The position numbers were made by a program, and so were the translations under genes. From Glycera tridactyla (taxonomy: Eukaryota), in assembly GCA_965644265.1 (NCBI GenBank), contig OZ286473.1:81654001-81718000 (forward strand): a DNA stretch of 64,000 nucleotides. Reading direction: 5' to 3'. Below the pieces are notes generated by a model. The model was not told the DNA's origin and ran no database searches. It saw only the letters and a program-made list of their open reading frames with translations. The stretch's first letter is position 1. Every line of letters begins with the position of its first letter. Of the stretch, positions 35,089-48,660 are shown piece by piece.

Positions 35089-38000
35089 GCCCAAATAGTG
35101 ACAATCGGATCCTTGATATCAGCCAGTGAATGACTGGCTAGCAACACCACTCAGTAATGAGAACTTATCAAAACATGCCAAGAATGCATGCTGTGTTCAT
35201 GAGAATCATCCCCTGAACTTCATTAGAATGATATCTTGGCTGAGTCATCAATTTTGTGTGAACCACCAGTAACCCTGAATGATATTCTCACTCCATATTA
35301 CATATTCGAAAGATTCCCTTTTACACTCTGTACCGTAGCATCTGCAGTTACTGATCAAACTATACAATTTTATCTCATCATGCATTCTTATCGTGGCAAT
35401 GTTGCTTCATGATACAAGAGTCACTTCCCAAAATATCCTATCATCCTGGAGCTATTCATCACACAGAGGACTTTGTCCATGCAATTCTATGGCAGCTTTG
35501 ACCTGAGAAATATAAAATGAGTTTCAGAAACTGATTTTTCATGCTTGATGCAGATTGCCACTCATTGAAACCATCGGTTTGGTGTATATACCACACATTA
35601 GTCCTCATACGGATGGCTGTCATTCAGATCGTAGACAGAAATATTGATAGGATTATGTACAAACATTACTATTCAAAATACATCAAATAAGTATGAAGAC
35701 CACAGAAAAGTCAGCAGTCCGATTTAATATAGGTCATTAGTTTTTGCCATGTAGTGCTGAACCAGTGGCAGCCTTATTGAATTGCCTGATTTCGAGCAGG
35801 ACATGGATGTTTGGACACTGAAACAAGGATGTGATCCTTCCTATCATAACTCTGTGCTGAGGATTTATGATTGAGATGAATAGCAACAGTATCTCATAGG
35901 AACCCCAATCTACACCAACCTCTCCATTTCAGGATCCTTAGAATAAGATTCTGGCCTAGAAAAGAATTGGAACGAAAACGGAGAAAGAAATGAGGTACAC
36001 AATTCACCTACAATGGTACTCAGAAAACAAAAGATAGACAAGGATTAACACAGGTTTGGAAGTCTGGTTTCATTCCAAGTGATTGCTGAATCAGAAACTA
36101 TTCAAGTGTCAGATGAATTCCAAGATTACTGGTGAGAAAGTTTGCCACATAGGTTTACCACATTATTTGACTAAATTGGGTGATAATTTATCATATCCAG
36201 CCACCAATGTCCTTCCTGGAATAGTCGTTGTGATATTATCTTTGTAGATTGAAATTATATTGTGATGTGCATATAGTAATCATTCATGCTTCCAGATAAT
36301 GAGATTTTTCTTTGCAAGCTAAATGAAGAGACTGCCCTAATTTGAACAAAATCCCATGTAGGGATGTCGTGATCGAGTGTCAGGTTTTAGGATTTTCTCA
36401 TCTGTTGGTCTCATATCTTTTCAATGGTAACAACTGAAATTGGCTGATCTTGATGTATAATCAATCAATCAAATACAAAATAGATATTTCTATTTGGGAC
36501 ATTTGATAAGCAATAGTTTTTCACTCGAATCTCAAAAGAAATATTGTGATCGAAGGATTGTTGATCAATCAGGAGAATAGGAAAGTGAGAGATAATCTCA
36601 GAAGAATATTCAACAAAAGTTTTCGTTAAATCATCATTGATGCCCTTAAGATGATCAAGGCTCAGACAATACAATGAATGGCTGTGGCATTGTCTACTAT
36701 GATTCAATCTATGTTTGCCTGCAAAAAAACAACTCATAATAACGCACTGTATATCTCCATTTCATCTATATGGTGGAGCATCAAGACCAAGACAAGGACT
36801 CTTCGATAAAGAAGCCAAGAAAAGCAAATAGATGTGCCTTTTATATCTATATTCATCATACTCACCTAAAAACAATAATAAAAAAGTTCTCATTTTAGGA
36901 GAGAACATTCTGTTTTCTGTCACCCCATGGCAAATAATATGATAATCTCATTCAGTGGGTGAGCATGCTTAGAAAAATATTCTTAATCGAGTTTTGTGCA
37001 GTAATGATTGCATGAATTTTCTATATTGATATCTGTTTTTGAGATTCACCACATATAGTGACTACCAACTAGACTATAGAGAGAATCAAGGTTATCTCCC
37101 TGGTTGCTGCCATTATATCTTTCAGATATTTTTCATTCCTTGGCGTTTTCGGAAGAGTTTTATTGAGGGCTCAGTTATCACCATACAATTCCCTCATACC
37201 TAATTGTGCCACACTAGGTGATGAAATCATTGCAAATGTTGGCATCTGCAAATTAGGTCATACCTCCGAAATTACCAGTGACATGTTGAAATGTATGCCA
37301 TCCCCTCATGAGAAGGACTACTGGACAGATCTCAAATCAGAACATTTCCAGCATTGAATTACTAATCTTTCTGTCTGAGCCGACAGAATACATTTGCACC
37401 TATTTCTTGCGATTCAATCCTTGGGCAACATGAGACCCCTAATCCAATACCGTGGTTGTCTCGAATCCTCCATCGAATTTTGCCATGCTCAATGTATGGG
37501 AAAGCAAATATTTGGCTTTTCTGAGGCCATATTCTCGATGTTGACAAATTATTATCTCATAGTGTGTCGTGTCCATTGCACCTGACCAGCATGGACCACA
37601 ACTAGTGGATAAATAGCTACAGTCATTTAATCGATCTCCTCTATTTAGCATCAGTCAGAATGATTACATATCTTTAGAGGAGGGGGTGGCTCAGTATTGA
37701 TTATGGGGTGGCTCAGTATTGAATGTTGAATAGTAGTGCCATTCTACGATAATTATGTTTGGATGGAAGTTGATTAAATAATTCATATGAATGCAAAGGA
37801 CAAACATCTGTCATCCAGGTCGGGTCATGGATTGGTGATATATCTAATATTGGATGAAGAGATGTTTTCCAAAGAAAAGCATGTATATGGTATCAATCTA
37901 CTTTCTTAGACCTCACATTTTATGTGTGTTGTTGAAGCGATTCGATATTTCCACATCAATTTGTCACATACTGAAGGACAGGTGATTTTAGGCACTCCAG

Positions 38001-38149
38001 AATGCAGAATGAATTAAAAGTAATTTTTCACGGTGTTGGAGGTCCAACAAAGTATTCATTGACCTAGTCAGCATCACTAGTCCACGTCTAGGAGAAACAG
38101 ATGATAAGTCAGAGAGGAAGCAAAGATCAGGTCACAGGCGAGAACTCAC

Positions 38150-38179
38150 CGCCGGCCCGCAACACGTATACGTGAATGG
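38150..38179 (-). other. Candidate 30-nt exon (5'-UTR or micro-exon)
   Basis: ctgcttctttatcttttttatcag|CCATTCACGTATACGTGTTGCGGGCCGGCG|gtgagt; consensus splice sites, no stop in any frame. Confidence 0.4.
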
Positions 38180-41100
38180 CTGATAAAAAAGATAAAGAAG
38201 CAGTTTCGAAAAACAGTAGCAGCAATATGTGCAGCTAGCCTGTGTCAATAAGCAATTGTATTACAATTCACTTGAAATGTCACTGGCATGGCATACTTTC
38301 TACAAATGAGAACATTTCGTTCTTCGGGTTTGTTTAATTTTGCAGAATATACCATCACAATGATCTGATGCTGGATTGATCAATCACATCTTTATTTAGT
38401 ACCACAAATACAAAAGTACATTCTCCAATAACCCTGATGATGAAAGCAGGTGGCCAAGATGAGTATTTGAGGGTGACGTGAATTCTGTTGCTTAAAGCAT
38501 CTGTTTGTCATATCACATCTATAGATGTCATTGGTGAGATTTATTTTTCTGATGAGCTTCGAGTCGTTGCATCACCTTCACAATTTTTCATTCGCTTTCA
38601 TTTGCTCATGAATAGCAATAGACGTTATTGTCCCCATTATCCTGTCCCTTCGTTTATAAATCTAGGTCTGATTCTTTTGGAATTCAAATGATCGTTTATC
38701 CAACAAAAAGTATCTTGACATTTCAGTATCCAGCAAATCACTGTCAAAAATGACAGACTTCAACCAACAATCCATCTAAACTCCTCTAGATCATAACAAC
38801 ATGAAAACACTGATATAGTTCATTTCTTGTACAGTGCATTACCAAATATAGCTAATCCTTGCAAATGCAGCTCAGCCACACCATGCTTTACATGAGACAT
38901 GTGTGGGACATATTGTCTCACATACCATACCAGATACTGCTCATGATACAGATTAACAGATTTGCAGTACTCGCGCTGCAGACTGAAAAAGCATTAGATG
39001 GCATAGAAAGAACCATAATAGGTGCAGGCAAACGCAGTCAGGCTGCTGCAAGCTAGCTAGTTAGGGATAAGTTGTCAATTGATAATTTCTGTTTTGGTAG
39101 GCTTCGTCCATATATAGACTGTGTTTGATCTTCTCGCATGATTGAACATGGGATCATATTGTTGTGCACATAAACAAAATAAGTGATCATAACAATTTGA
39201 TAGGGTATGAAATAAGAATCATTCGACTGTTAGGAAAAAAATATGACAGACAATTATGAGTTCCCATAATTCATTATCCATTTCACTATATTACACTATA
39301 TGTGTAGGCTTCTTCGTATTCTACATCGATGGCCTTTCCTTAATCCGAACAGGCTGAATGATTTATAAACCTGCTTCGTGAGTGATACAGATTTGTCTGC
39401 ATCGCTCCAAAAACTGTTGATTGAGATAAATTTATAGACATTAACCAGTAAATTTTGCAGTATCCTGTATAAGAACAAAAATACATTATATGCAAGGCAA
39501 CTCATGAACCAATAGAACGTATTCAAACTAGCGATATTGAAATGAATTTCGGGACAAAATGATAAAGCAAGGAAATGAGAAAATATCAACGAGGAAATGA
39601 ATCATATCAGCATTTCATGCATTGCAATCTTCACAGTTTAGATGAAACAAGTGACATACAACCTTCGGCAGTTCACAACAACTCATCACCATATTCGAAT
39701 CATTCTCAATACTCATACAAGGGATAAGAAATATATAAAACAAACTAAGTTTTCTCAAGAGTTGTTACCAAGTAGTGTGTCCATAGGGCCATGTGCACAA
39801 CTGGCACATTCAGAAACATAGCAATCAATAGACCAACCAACACCTAATCCCAATGCCATACAATCCATCAGTGAATATAGTCTGGGTGTACACCTATACG
39901 AGATAACATAGTATTGATGCCTGGCATACAATATGGATTTGGTTGAGTTTTTCACCCAACCATCTTACTTCAAGACAAGGTTAGGAAAAACATCTTATCT
40001 TCGAATTACACCTGAAGCATCTTATTCACAAAATATCTATGATACTGAAAATATTGGGCACATATATCTCAGATCACATAGGGACTTTGGTATATCAGGA
40101 AGATGCTGTATTCGAATTCCATGCTGGTCTAGGCGATCTGGATTTATGTGTGCATCGATCAAGTCAATGACAGTTCTGTGAAAGGTATAGAAGGCTACTG
40201 TGTTCTAAATGCAGTCAACCAAGCATGTGCTGAGAGGAGACAGAGAAGTTGATAGATTTGTTGATTGTTTGTCACTGCACCATAAATGGATGGAATGGGA
40301 GTATGCTCATGTGATTGTTATAAACACTCTCCACAAAACTATGATAATACATGCAAGTGTTATTCCTCGGCCTGACAAATGATCAATGACCACAACCTTG
40401 ATGTTTGTATTTCTATTTGATGAAGGGGGATTTGTCCTATTGATTGAAACTATTTTCATTTCATGTTGCATATGTTGACCAATAGAATATGGGGAGGATG
40501 GTTGGTTGTCCTGTCCCAACCGTCCGCGGCATAATCAGATTAATCATGGACAATTGTTGAGTAATTTTGTATGTTTGGATGGTATCATCCAACTGGCATG
40601 TTATACACCATGTCTCTTCTGAAAGTTCTCTTACATCTTTTCATGTTACTCTATGTCCGTACCAATTTTGTTCATATCAACAACTACGATATCTTCGCTG
40701 CAAATATAGGCTTTTCAATCAAAGAGAAGTATCCATAAACAGAAAGATGTCATGAATGGTCAAATTTGTGTGAATAGCAAGATAAAAATGGATGATTTTC
40801 AGTATCTTCTTGATCATGATATTCACTCTCAAATCGCATAATTGTGAACAAGATTAAACTACATTTATATGTATGTATATATATATATATTCTTTGCTGC
40901 TACCATACTTTTGACAGGGCAACGTGTTGCCTTGTCCAGTATTCAGAGTATATGATTTTAGTGATGTCAGCAAGTCAATGGGAACATCACAGAATATTCT
41001 GAGGGCTACTTGCAAAGTAATACCATGCATTTCAACAGTTGGCAGTGATAAATGTTCTTTGAAAAGCAGTTGTATCATCGAGAGAATTATGAGGGATAAT

Positions 41101-43499
41101 CCTGCTGTCAGATACATGACACAAATCTATCTTCTGATTCAGGAAACATGTCTAAGATGCTAAATTTCTATTCGGATAAAACGTGAGAATGTGATGGTCT
41201 ACTGTGAGGAACCAAGCATGGTATTATCTCATTTCTTCACGATTATTGCTTTAGTAAAATATGTGCGAAAGAAATAATATCACATAATCTGGATGGATAT
41301 GCATACAGGCAAATAGATTTAGGATCATAGATTTTCAATAGGCGTTCATACTACTCTCGATGGTCTCTGGTGATTAGATATAGATTGTCCGGTCAATTCA
41401 ATAAAGCTTAACAATGTGAGTATGCGAATAAATAATTGCATCTGATGGGAAACAAATCTAAAAAGGTTTTACCATCACAATGAGTCTGATGTCATATTTA
41501 TCTCATATTCCAATCCAAAACTGGAAAGCATATCATTCCAACAATTGGTTTAAAATTCCAATTGCACTTAGATACGATATTTGTCAGGTACTGCTGCATT
41601 GCTGGTGTATTTTACCAATACTTATTTCGAGGCATGTCACATACCATACCCCATTACCAACAATACCTTCCTGACAATAGGACCATTCTATTTCACCAAG
41701 TCTGAGATTGGATGCATGGTCAGCGGACATCACATACTTTTTGGATCCGAGGGCAACATTTGCCAGTTGAAATGGCAGATTTGTAGGGTAGAACTAACAT
41801 AACAATCACAAAGAAAGAAACAACTTAATACCAGCTGGATAAAAAAGAGAATGTGTACGTGACAATACCATCAACCATTGGCTGCTGCGCTAGCATAACA
41901 TGACATGAATACTCACGAGGCTTTGGACCTGGAACTAGAAATATGTCAATACACCAGTTATTACCACCATCTCCCTGTTAGTAGTAGGAATATGGGCATG
42001 CTGTTTAGTCAAGATGTATATAAACAGTTACATTACATCTGTAATCATGAGATGGTCACACAGTTAGATGATGCATCTGTCTTGGATAGACTCTTACTCA
42101 ATACACTGTGACAAATAATGTTACCTCACAAGTTGGAATTGGTCTCATTTGTGGGATTTGTTACATAAATTTGAAGATCTGTGACTCATCTCATGATCGC
42201 AAAGGGAATTCTTGATAGATTCTCTGTGGATGAATTCGGACTGCTACGATTCTGTTTGTCAAAATTCAAATATTATATGCTAGATCAATTTACCGATCCC
42301 AAAATAGGCATATCACGACAATCCATCAAGAACACCCTGAATATAACAACGGGAATCTAAAACTGAGTGTAAAATTACTTAGAGCGTGTATTTTAATCAT
42401 AACTAAATTCATCATTGATTAAAAGCAAGAATGGGGTAAGAGCTAACAGATATGCTCATGCTTCAGATATTACCCAGGCTCTGCATGATATTGAAATCAA
42501 AACATGAATTCCAGCAACAACAACTACAATACAGAGATACAAGCGTGGTTGCTGGTTCTTTCATTTATTTTGATTCTGGTGTCAATACTCAGTATTGATT
42601 GGCTAAAAGACATAAAGTGATTTGATGGTTGGGTCCTTATAGATCCTTGAAGGAAGGGGATCCCATAGGCAAATCACAGGCATCCAACAAGTATTTTGAA
42701 AGGCCAAAAAAGAGAGGTTAGGCATGGATTGTGAGCATATCTGCCAACTTTGTCTTTCACACCACAACGAGTATCAATCTGCATCAGTGAGCCCATCTTT
42801 ACATTCTCAGACCCCAGACACACTTCCTACATGGTTGTGTCCCATTTTTGATGATTCTCGGGGTAGAAACTTCAGTAGTCTGAGGAAGGAGAATCCACCA
42901 ATGCCATTGTAATCCTACGTTAGTGATGGAATATTTTCTCGATAACTCATAGAATAATTGGGTATCTCTCAATCCTCTATAGGAAACATATGCATGGCTG
43001 AAGTTAATCAATCAAATGTTCCCATTCAAATCACAAAAACCAGCATGGGGACCAAGAATCTCCTCTGCATATGGCAATGTCACTTCTGTTGATGAGTAAT
43101 TTATAGTTTCATAAATCAACGTGATCAAACAATACTCTAATTCGAATTCAATGTATTCATAAGCAATCAGAGAATCAGGCAATGTACACTGTGACAAGAA
43201 TCCTTGACCTCATGGTATAAAACAAACTGCTTTCATCAATTCATTGTTATGAAAATGAATCTGGATAGATAAAGCTGGGCTCACTGGGAATCATTCATGT
43301 TCTTAATGATCTTTTTACATTCCAAATATATTAGTCTTTGATTTATTTTGTGATGAAACTTTGTTCAGGTCATTATATATGACTGGATGGGTTGAAATTG
43401 GTTGGGTTTCTAGGTAGGAGTAAGATCATTAAGAAGTGGAATGCTTTCTACTATGGCGCACCTGCCTAGGTAACTGCTGATACATTTTAATGGTGATCC

Positions 43500-44050
43500 T
43501 CAAAATGACGACAACGACGACGTTGAAGGAGCGAATGAGATCGGTAAAGATGATAACGATGACGTAGATGGAGACGATGACGACGTCGCCAAGGATGAAG
43601 AATGACCAACGCCTCCGGCACAACCATCGCCTCTATCACCAGCTCCACCATCACCATCATCATCACCAACTCCACCACTACCATCACTAACATCACCATC
43701 ATCATCACCAATGTCTTCAACAACGCGAGCCCTGCTGCTGCCATCATCACCGCCATGGCAGCCACCACCTCTTGCACCCTTACCACCACCACCACCACCA
43801 CCACCGCCACCACCACCACCACCACCACCACCGCCACCACCACCACCACCACCACCACAAAAGTGGCCGCAAATATAACCACCAGAACCACTGCCAACAA
43901 CAACACCATCACCAACACCACCACCGCCACACCAGCATCATCATCATCTTCATCATCATCATCACCACCATAAGCCTCCCCCTCACCTCCACAGCCACCA
44001 CCACTACTGCCGCAACTGCCACTATCGCCGTCGCCATCACCATCTTCATC
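43500..44050. repeat. GAC/CAC/CAT trinucleotide low-complexity tract
   Basis: Directly visible; source of the poly-T/V/H ORFs in several frames. Confidence 0.95.
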
Positions 44051-44940
44051 ACATCACGTCTTTTGTACTGCAAACCAGCCACATGCTTGAAACGAACACC
44101 ATGGCATGGATAACATGAATATGCAATATCCGAATTACCCAGGCAAACAAGCCATAGCAAGCTACACATAAAATACAGACATACGAACTTCCCAGCAGAC
44201 ACGTGGTAAGGGACCGACCCCAGTCCTGACCGCCCCATTATCCCGTGGTGCGTGTCTGCCAAGACGGGGGTCAAGCAGATAGAAAAGATGGCCAACTTGG
44301 ACACCATATGAACTCTGTTTATTCAACAGGAATATGTAGAAAATAATTTATCGGAACGATCTTTAATAGGCAACAGGGATGGTAATAGTGAGAAGAGTCT
44401 CATAACTTGCTGGAGGTCTTATATAGTGTTTCTGCTGCTTCACACAGAACATACCTAGTGTTGGCAAATAGCATTGGGTTGAAAAAACGCAACCTAGTAT
44501 GGACAAATTGCATTATATTATTTCTTCTATTATTCTAAGCGTAGAATCTGTCACTGTGAAACACACACACTTTCAGGAATGTAATCAGTGAATTCCACGC
44601 GTTTCTGGAGATCTTTCGCGAATTGAATGACCACAGTAAATGTACCAGAGAGTGCAATCAAAATAAAGACATTCATGTTTGAGTACGATGTCCTGTACAA
44701 ACCAGCCGTTGGCCCTTTCGCTCGGTGTCTCGGCTGGAAGTGAGACTCAATAACATGTAGTTGATAGAATGTAGATAATTTCGAGCAAAGATATTTGGAG
44801 AGTCGTGGGGGGGGGGGGGTATTTCCTTAAGAGTATTTCGCAAATGTCATCTTCGACCTCAAGTACTTCCAGTGAATACATAACGCGGTTCTGACACCAA
44901 TTGACACCAAGAGGTTTTCGGTGAAAATATGGGCAGCCTC

Positions 44941-45069
44941 AAGAAACGGGTCAATAATTTGCATAAGCATGATGGACAACAGATCCAGGGACCGCAAAAA
45001 TTAAGAAACAGGTCAATAATTTGCAATATCATGATGAATAACAGATCCAGGGACCGCAAAAATCAAGAA
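44941..45069. repeat. Two-copy ~62-bp tandem direct repeat immediately left of the hairpin
   Basis: aagaaac(g/a)ggtcaataatttgca...aacagatccagggaccgcaaaaat starts at 44941 and 45003. Confidence 0.9.
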
Positions 45070-45095
45070 TTTCGGAAACAGCACGCAATTATAAA

Positions 45096-45242
45096 GAATG
45101 TGTCGAGTGCTGGGTACGGAAGGAGCGTACACGCAGAGTAGCGATCACCGGGGACGCGCGAGTGGCCGAAGGCCACGAGTGCGTCCCCGGGGATCGATAC
45201 GAAGCGTGTATGCTCCTTCCGTGCCCAGCACAAGACGCATTC
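45096..45242. repeat. 147-nt GC-rich inverted repeat (72-nt arms, GAA loop)
   Basis: Arms 45096-45167 and 45171-45242 pair without indels: 59 Watson-Crick, 4 G.T and 9 purine.purine positions on the + strand. Confidence 0.95.
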
Positions 45243-45329
45243 TGAATTTATCATCCGATTAACCTTCAAAAACCAGAGAAATAAACATGTTAAAGCCTTA
45301 GATGTTGTGAAAATCCCACTGATTCGGAA

Positions 45330-45450
45330 TAGTCACGTGATCGAAGCAACAAATCAAGGGGCGGATTCGCGTAGCGCTAATCTCCCACGACGTAAAGCAG
45401 GTCGCCGACGCGGGCCGGACGCAGCAGCTTCCCAACACGCTAGACACGTC
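45330..45450. promoter_or_regulatory. CpG-rich segment with E-box and GC-box
   Basis: GTCACGTGAT at 45332, GGGGCGG at 45358, dense CpG. Confidence 0.3.
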
Positions 45451-46399
45451 ATCGGATGATAAATGTTCATCGTTATAATCGTTGGATACAAAAATGTTGT
45501 CATTGAAATCATGTTTATACGTCGTACATCAACACAACAAGAATGTTAAAACACGGACAAAATCATCAGATAAAGGTGAAGGCAGGCTAGCACAGCAAAC
45601 ATAAGAAGATGTCAGTGCAGTATGACTTTGACATAAAGGTTGGGTTGAGGTTACGGTCGAGGAGTCAACCACCATCACAAAATACTGCCTACCGACAACA
45701 AGGTGAAAACACAAACATCGGCAATTGCAAATTGGAGATGGTGGTTTCAAAAACGAAGCCGACACTTGAGAAAAAAAGTAGGATGAGAAAACAAATATGT
45801 TCTCAAATTACATTGATGGTCGAGTTCATTTAGGAACCATATTACATTGGATTCCAAGATGTATGTCAATCTATACGTGTCTCATATTTCAGCGTAGAAT
45901 AATCTCGTGGGAGATGAGAAATGAACGAGAATATGACGTCACATATTCGAGATTTGGTAGCCCCCGCCAAAATCATCTTCCCGAGTTGACCATGTGACTC
46001 ATTCTGACCCCAAAATCACTCTTGTCCATGATTATCAACCAAAGGAGGGTTCCTGGCAATTGTATAATAAAACCTCAATGATGTTAAAGGAAAATAGTAT
46101 GTGATTTTGCTTGAATTTGCATTATCAATGTTCATGAAGTATCAAACTAATCCTCTGATATCACTATATTGTCACTAGAATATATCACAACTTCACATTT
46201 GAGAAATTCAACTTGGGAAATGCATGATTTGGGCAAGAAAAAAGTAATGGCGATTGAATCTTTCACCAGCCCTTGACTTGCATAATATCGAATATGTTTA
46301 CGTCATCATCTCGTTCAATTCTCGCACCACAACGAGAATCTCGTTTGTAATACTTGAGGAGGCAAAGAACATGATGAAGATGTGGAATAGACTACTCAC

Positions 46400-46429
46400 G
46401 TCGATCCCGTGTTGGATTTCGCTGATCGA
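46400..46429 (-). other. Candidate 30-nt exon (5'-UTR or micro-exon)
   Basis: ctcccttcttctcgtttcag|TCGATCAGCGAAATCCAACACGGGATCGAC|gtgagt; consensus splice sites, no stop in any frame. Confidence 0.4.
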
Positions 46430-46669
46430 CTGAAACGAGAAGAAGGGAGCAGCAAGGTCAGGCGAAATGGCAGAAATACAGGGCATGAGATAGGCGCAAT
46501 CGATAATTCAATATGTAGCATAATGAAAAGTCTGGCGAATATGCACCGATAAAAGACGCCTTGCCTCCAGGCCAGACGCTCACAATATTCACCGACTAGT
46601 AGGCGCTTACCAAGAGGCAATCACTGTCATCTACAGCAGCTCAGCTGAGATATTTTTGACAAATCATGA

Positions 46670-46835
46670 AAACGATAATTATAATAATAATAATAATAAT
46701 AATAACGAAAATAATTATAGTAATGATAATGATTATTATCATAAAAACAGTGATTATAATGATGATGATTTTCATTATCATTATGATTATAATGTGTATG
46801 TACATATGTATGTGTATATATATATATATGTGTGC

Positions 46836-46870
<35 letters not shown>
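46670..46870. repeat. Compound (AAT)n/(TA)n/(TG)n microsatellite
   Basis: Directly visible. Confidence 0.95.
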
Positions 46871-46876
<6 letters not shown>

Positions 46877-47315
46877 CATGATTACTAGTACCTACTCAGC
46901 GGTATTAGTTTCTACAGGGCATTGACATATCTCCCAGTAGCTGTACTGGGTTTGCGGGAACTGCAGTTGGATAGGCCAGACAACAATAGATTCACACTAA
47001 TCATAAAATGCACTTTTGGTATTCAACACCAAACAAAGCCCAAGCTCGATGCGGGTACCCGGATATATCCAGATACATGCACATACTTACTGGATAAGTA
47101 TTGAAGTGTCCTCTTAGTCTGGAGATGAGATCTGAATTGTTTCTAGCCAAACCTAAGTGCAATCAGCAGTATGTTTGAGATGGAGATGCTCGCGTATTTG
47201 TACAAATCTGCATTCTTGATCATGTTTATCAGGGACACTTAGACGAGCGAACCGACATGCGAACAAACAACCAGACAAAGAGGAATAGGACTTGCACAGA
47301 TAGGGGAACAGAGGG

Positions 47316-47552
47316 NNNNNNNNNNNNNNNNNNNNNNNNNNNNNNNNNNNNNNNNNNNNNNNNNNNNNNNNNNNNNNNNNNNNNNNNNNNNNNNNNNNNN
47401 NNNNNNNNNNNNNNNNNNNNNNNNNNNNNNNNNNNNNNNNNNNNNNNNNNNNNNNNNNNNNNNNNNNNNNNNNNNNNNNNNNNNNNNNNNNNNNNNNNNN
47501 NNNNNNNNNNNNNNNNNNNNNNNNNNNNNNNNNNNNNNNNNNNNNNNNNNNN
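47316..47552. other. Assembly gap (N)
   Basis: Run of N. Confidence 1.
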
Positions 47553-47598
47553 AAAGACAGACAGACAAGCTGACAGACAGACGGACGAGCAGACAGAA

Positions 47599-47666
<68 letters not shown>
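47553..47666. repeat. (CAGA)n microsatellite next to an assembly gap
   Basis: Directly visible. Confidence 0.97.
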
Positions 47667-47667
<1 letters not shown>

Positions 47668-48499
47668 TATAGAACACAGATTAGATATTTTCCCACCATA
47701 TGAAAGATTTTTTTTATAGACTATTTAATCCCATACGCTGTGCATATATGCAAGAGATTATACGATCAAATATACCAAAGTTCACACATCAACAAATTTC
47801 GACAGAATTCTTGGATTTCGCTGTCAATTTCGTACCCATTCATATTTTGAAGTCACTCATACAGTCGAACGTTTACAATAACCAACATTAATCACATCGA
47901 AAAGGGGTCTTTATGGACAGGTGGCCTGTATAGAGAGGTTGTTTTGGGTACAATGAACTATCTCGGCCACCAGGTAGCATGGCTTTCGTAGGCATGTGGT
48001 CTGTGTATAGAGGTGGTCTCTGGAGCAGGGGTGATCGTATATTTCCGGGATGTCATTACGACATCCTGATATAAATGTATGGGCTCGGATATGACGCAAA
48101 TGGTAGAATGCACGACGTATGACATCACTAAAACACCAAATATCCAGAACCGGCAGAGTGCCGGCGCCATATCTAACACCCGCCAAAACCAACTCAAAAG
48201 ATGCTACCCGCAAACCAGAGGCATAACACGGGAGTTTAACAAGTTCTTGATCAGTTCATACGATGATCGTGTGTTCCTGAAGCCTTAAATCAGCAGTGGA
48301 CTTACAATTTGATGAATATCTTTTGTGAAACCATCGGGAATTACACCTCAGTTTGGGAGAAGTGACGAGGACAGTGGTAGCCAGGCGGGGTGAAAGCTCT
48401 GCGGAGTCGTGTCACACACTAGACTAACATATCCCTACGCGCGCCTGAGAACACACGCGCCCTTGATATTCCCCCGTCGTAACTCCTGTTTCAATTAGT

Positions 48500-48660
48500 T
48501 TCATGACAGATGCTGATTGGCCCATTTATCACGTGACCATGTGACCTCATTTCCGGTGATAAGGCCAACTAGATCGTGCAATCGACGCTATTACGTTCTT
48601 GTTGATACTCACGTGACTAGCCGAGTGACGTATCCTCTGCGCCACGCCATCTAGCGGGCA
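48500..48660. promoter_or_regulatory. CpG-rich promoter-like motif cluster
   Basis: CTGATTGG (CCAAT reverse) at 48513, TCACGTGAC at 48529 and 48609, ATTTCCGGT (ETS-like) at 48549, TGACGTA (CRE-like) at 48626, CGCCATCT (YY1-like) at 48645. Motif matches only. Confidence 0.4.

Noticed and set aside
43487-44113. Long poly-Val/Thr/His ORFs (also 29787-30182, 46641-46925, 62474-62743)
   Set aside because: They are produced by trinucleotide and dinucleotide repeats that are open in several frames.
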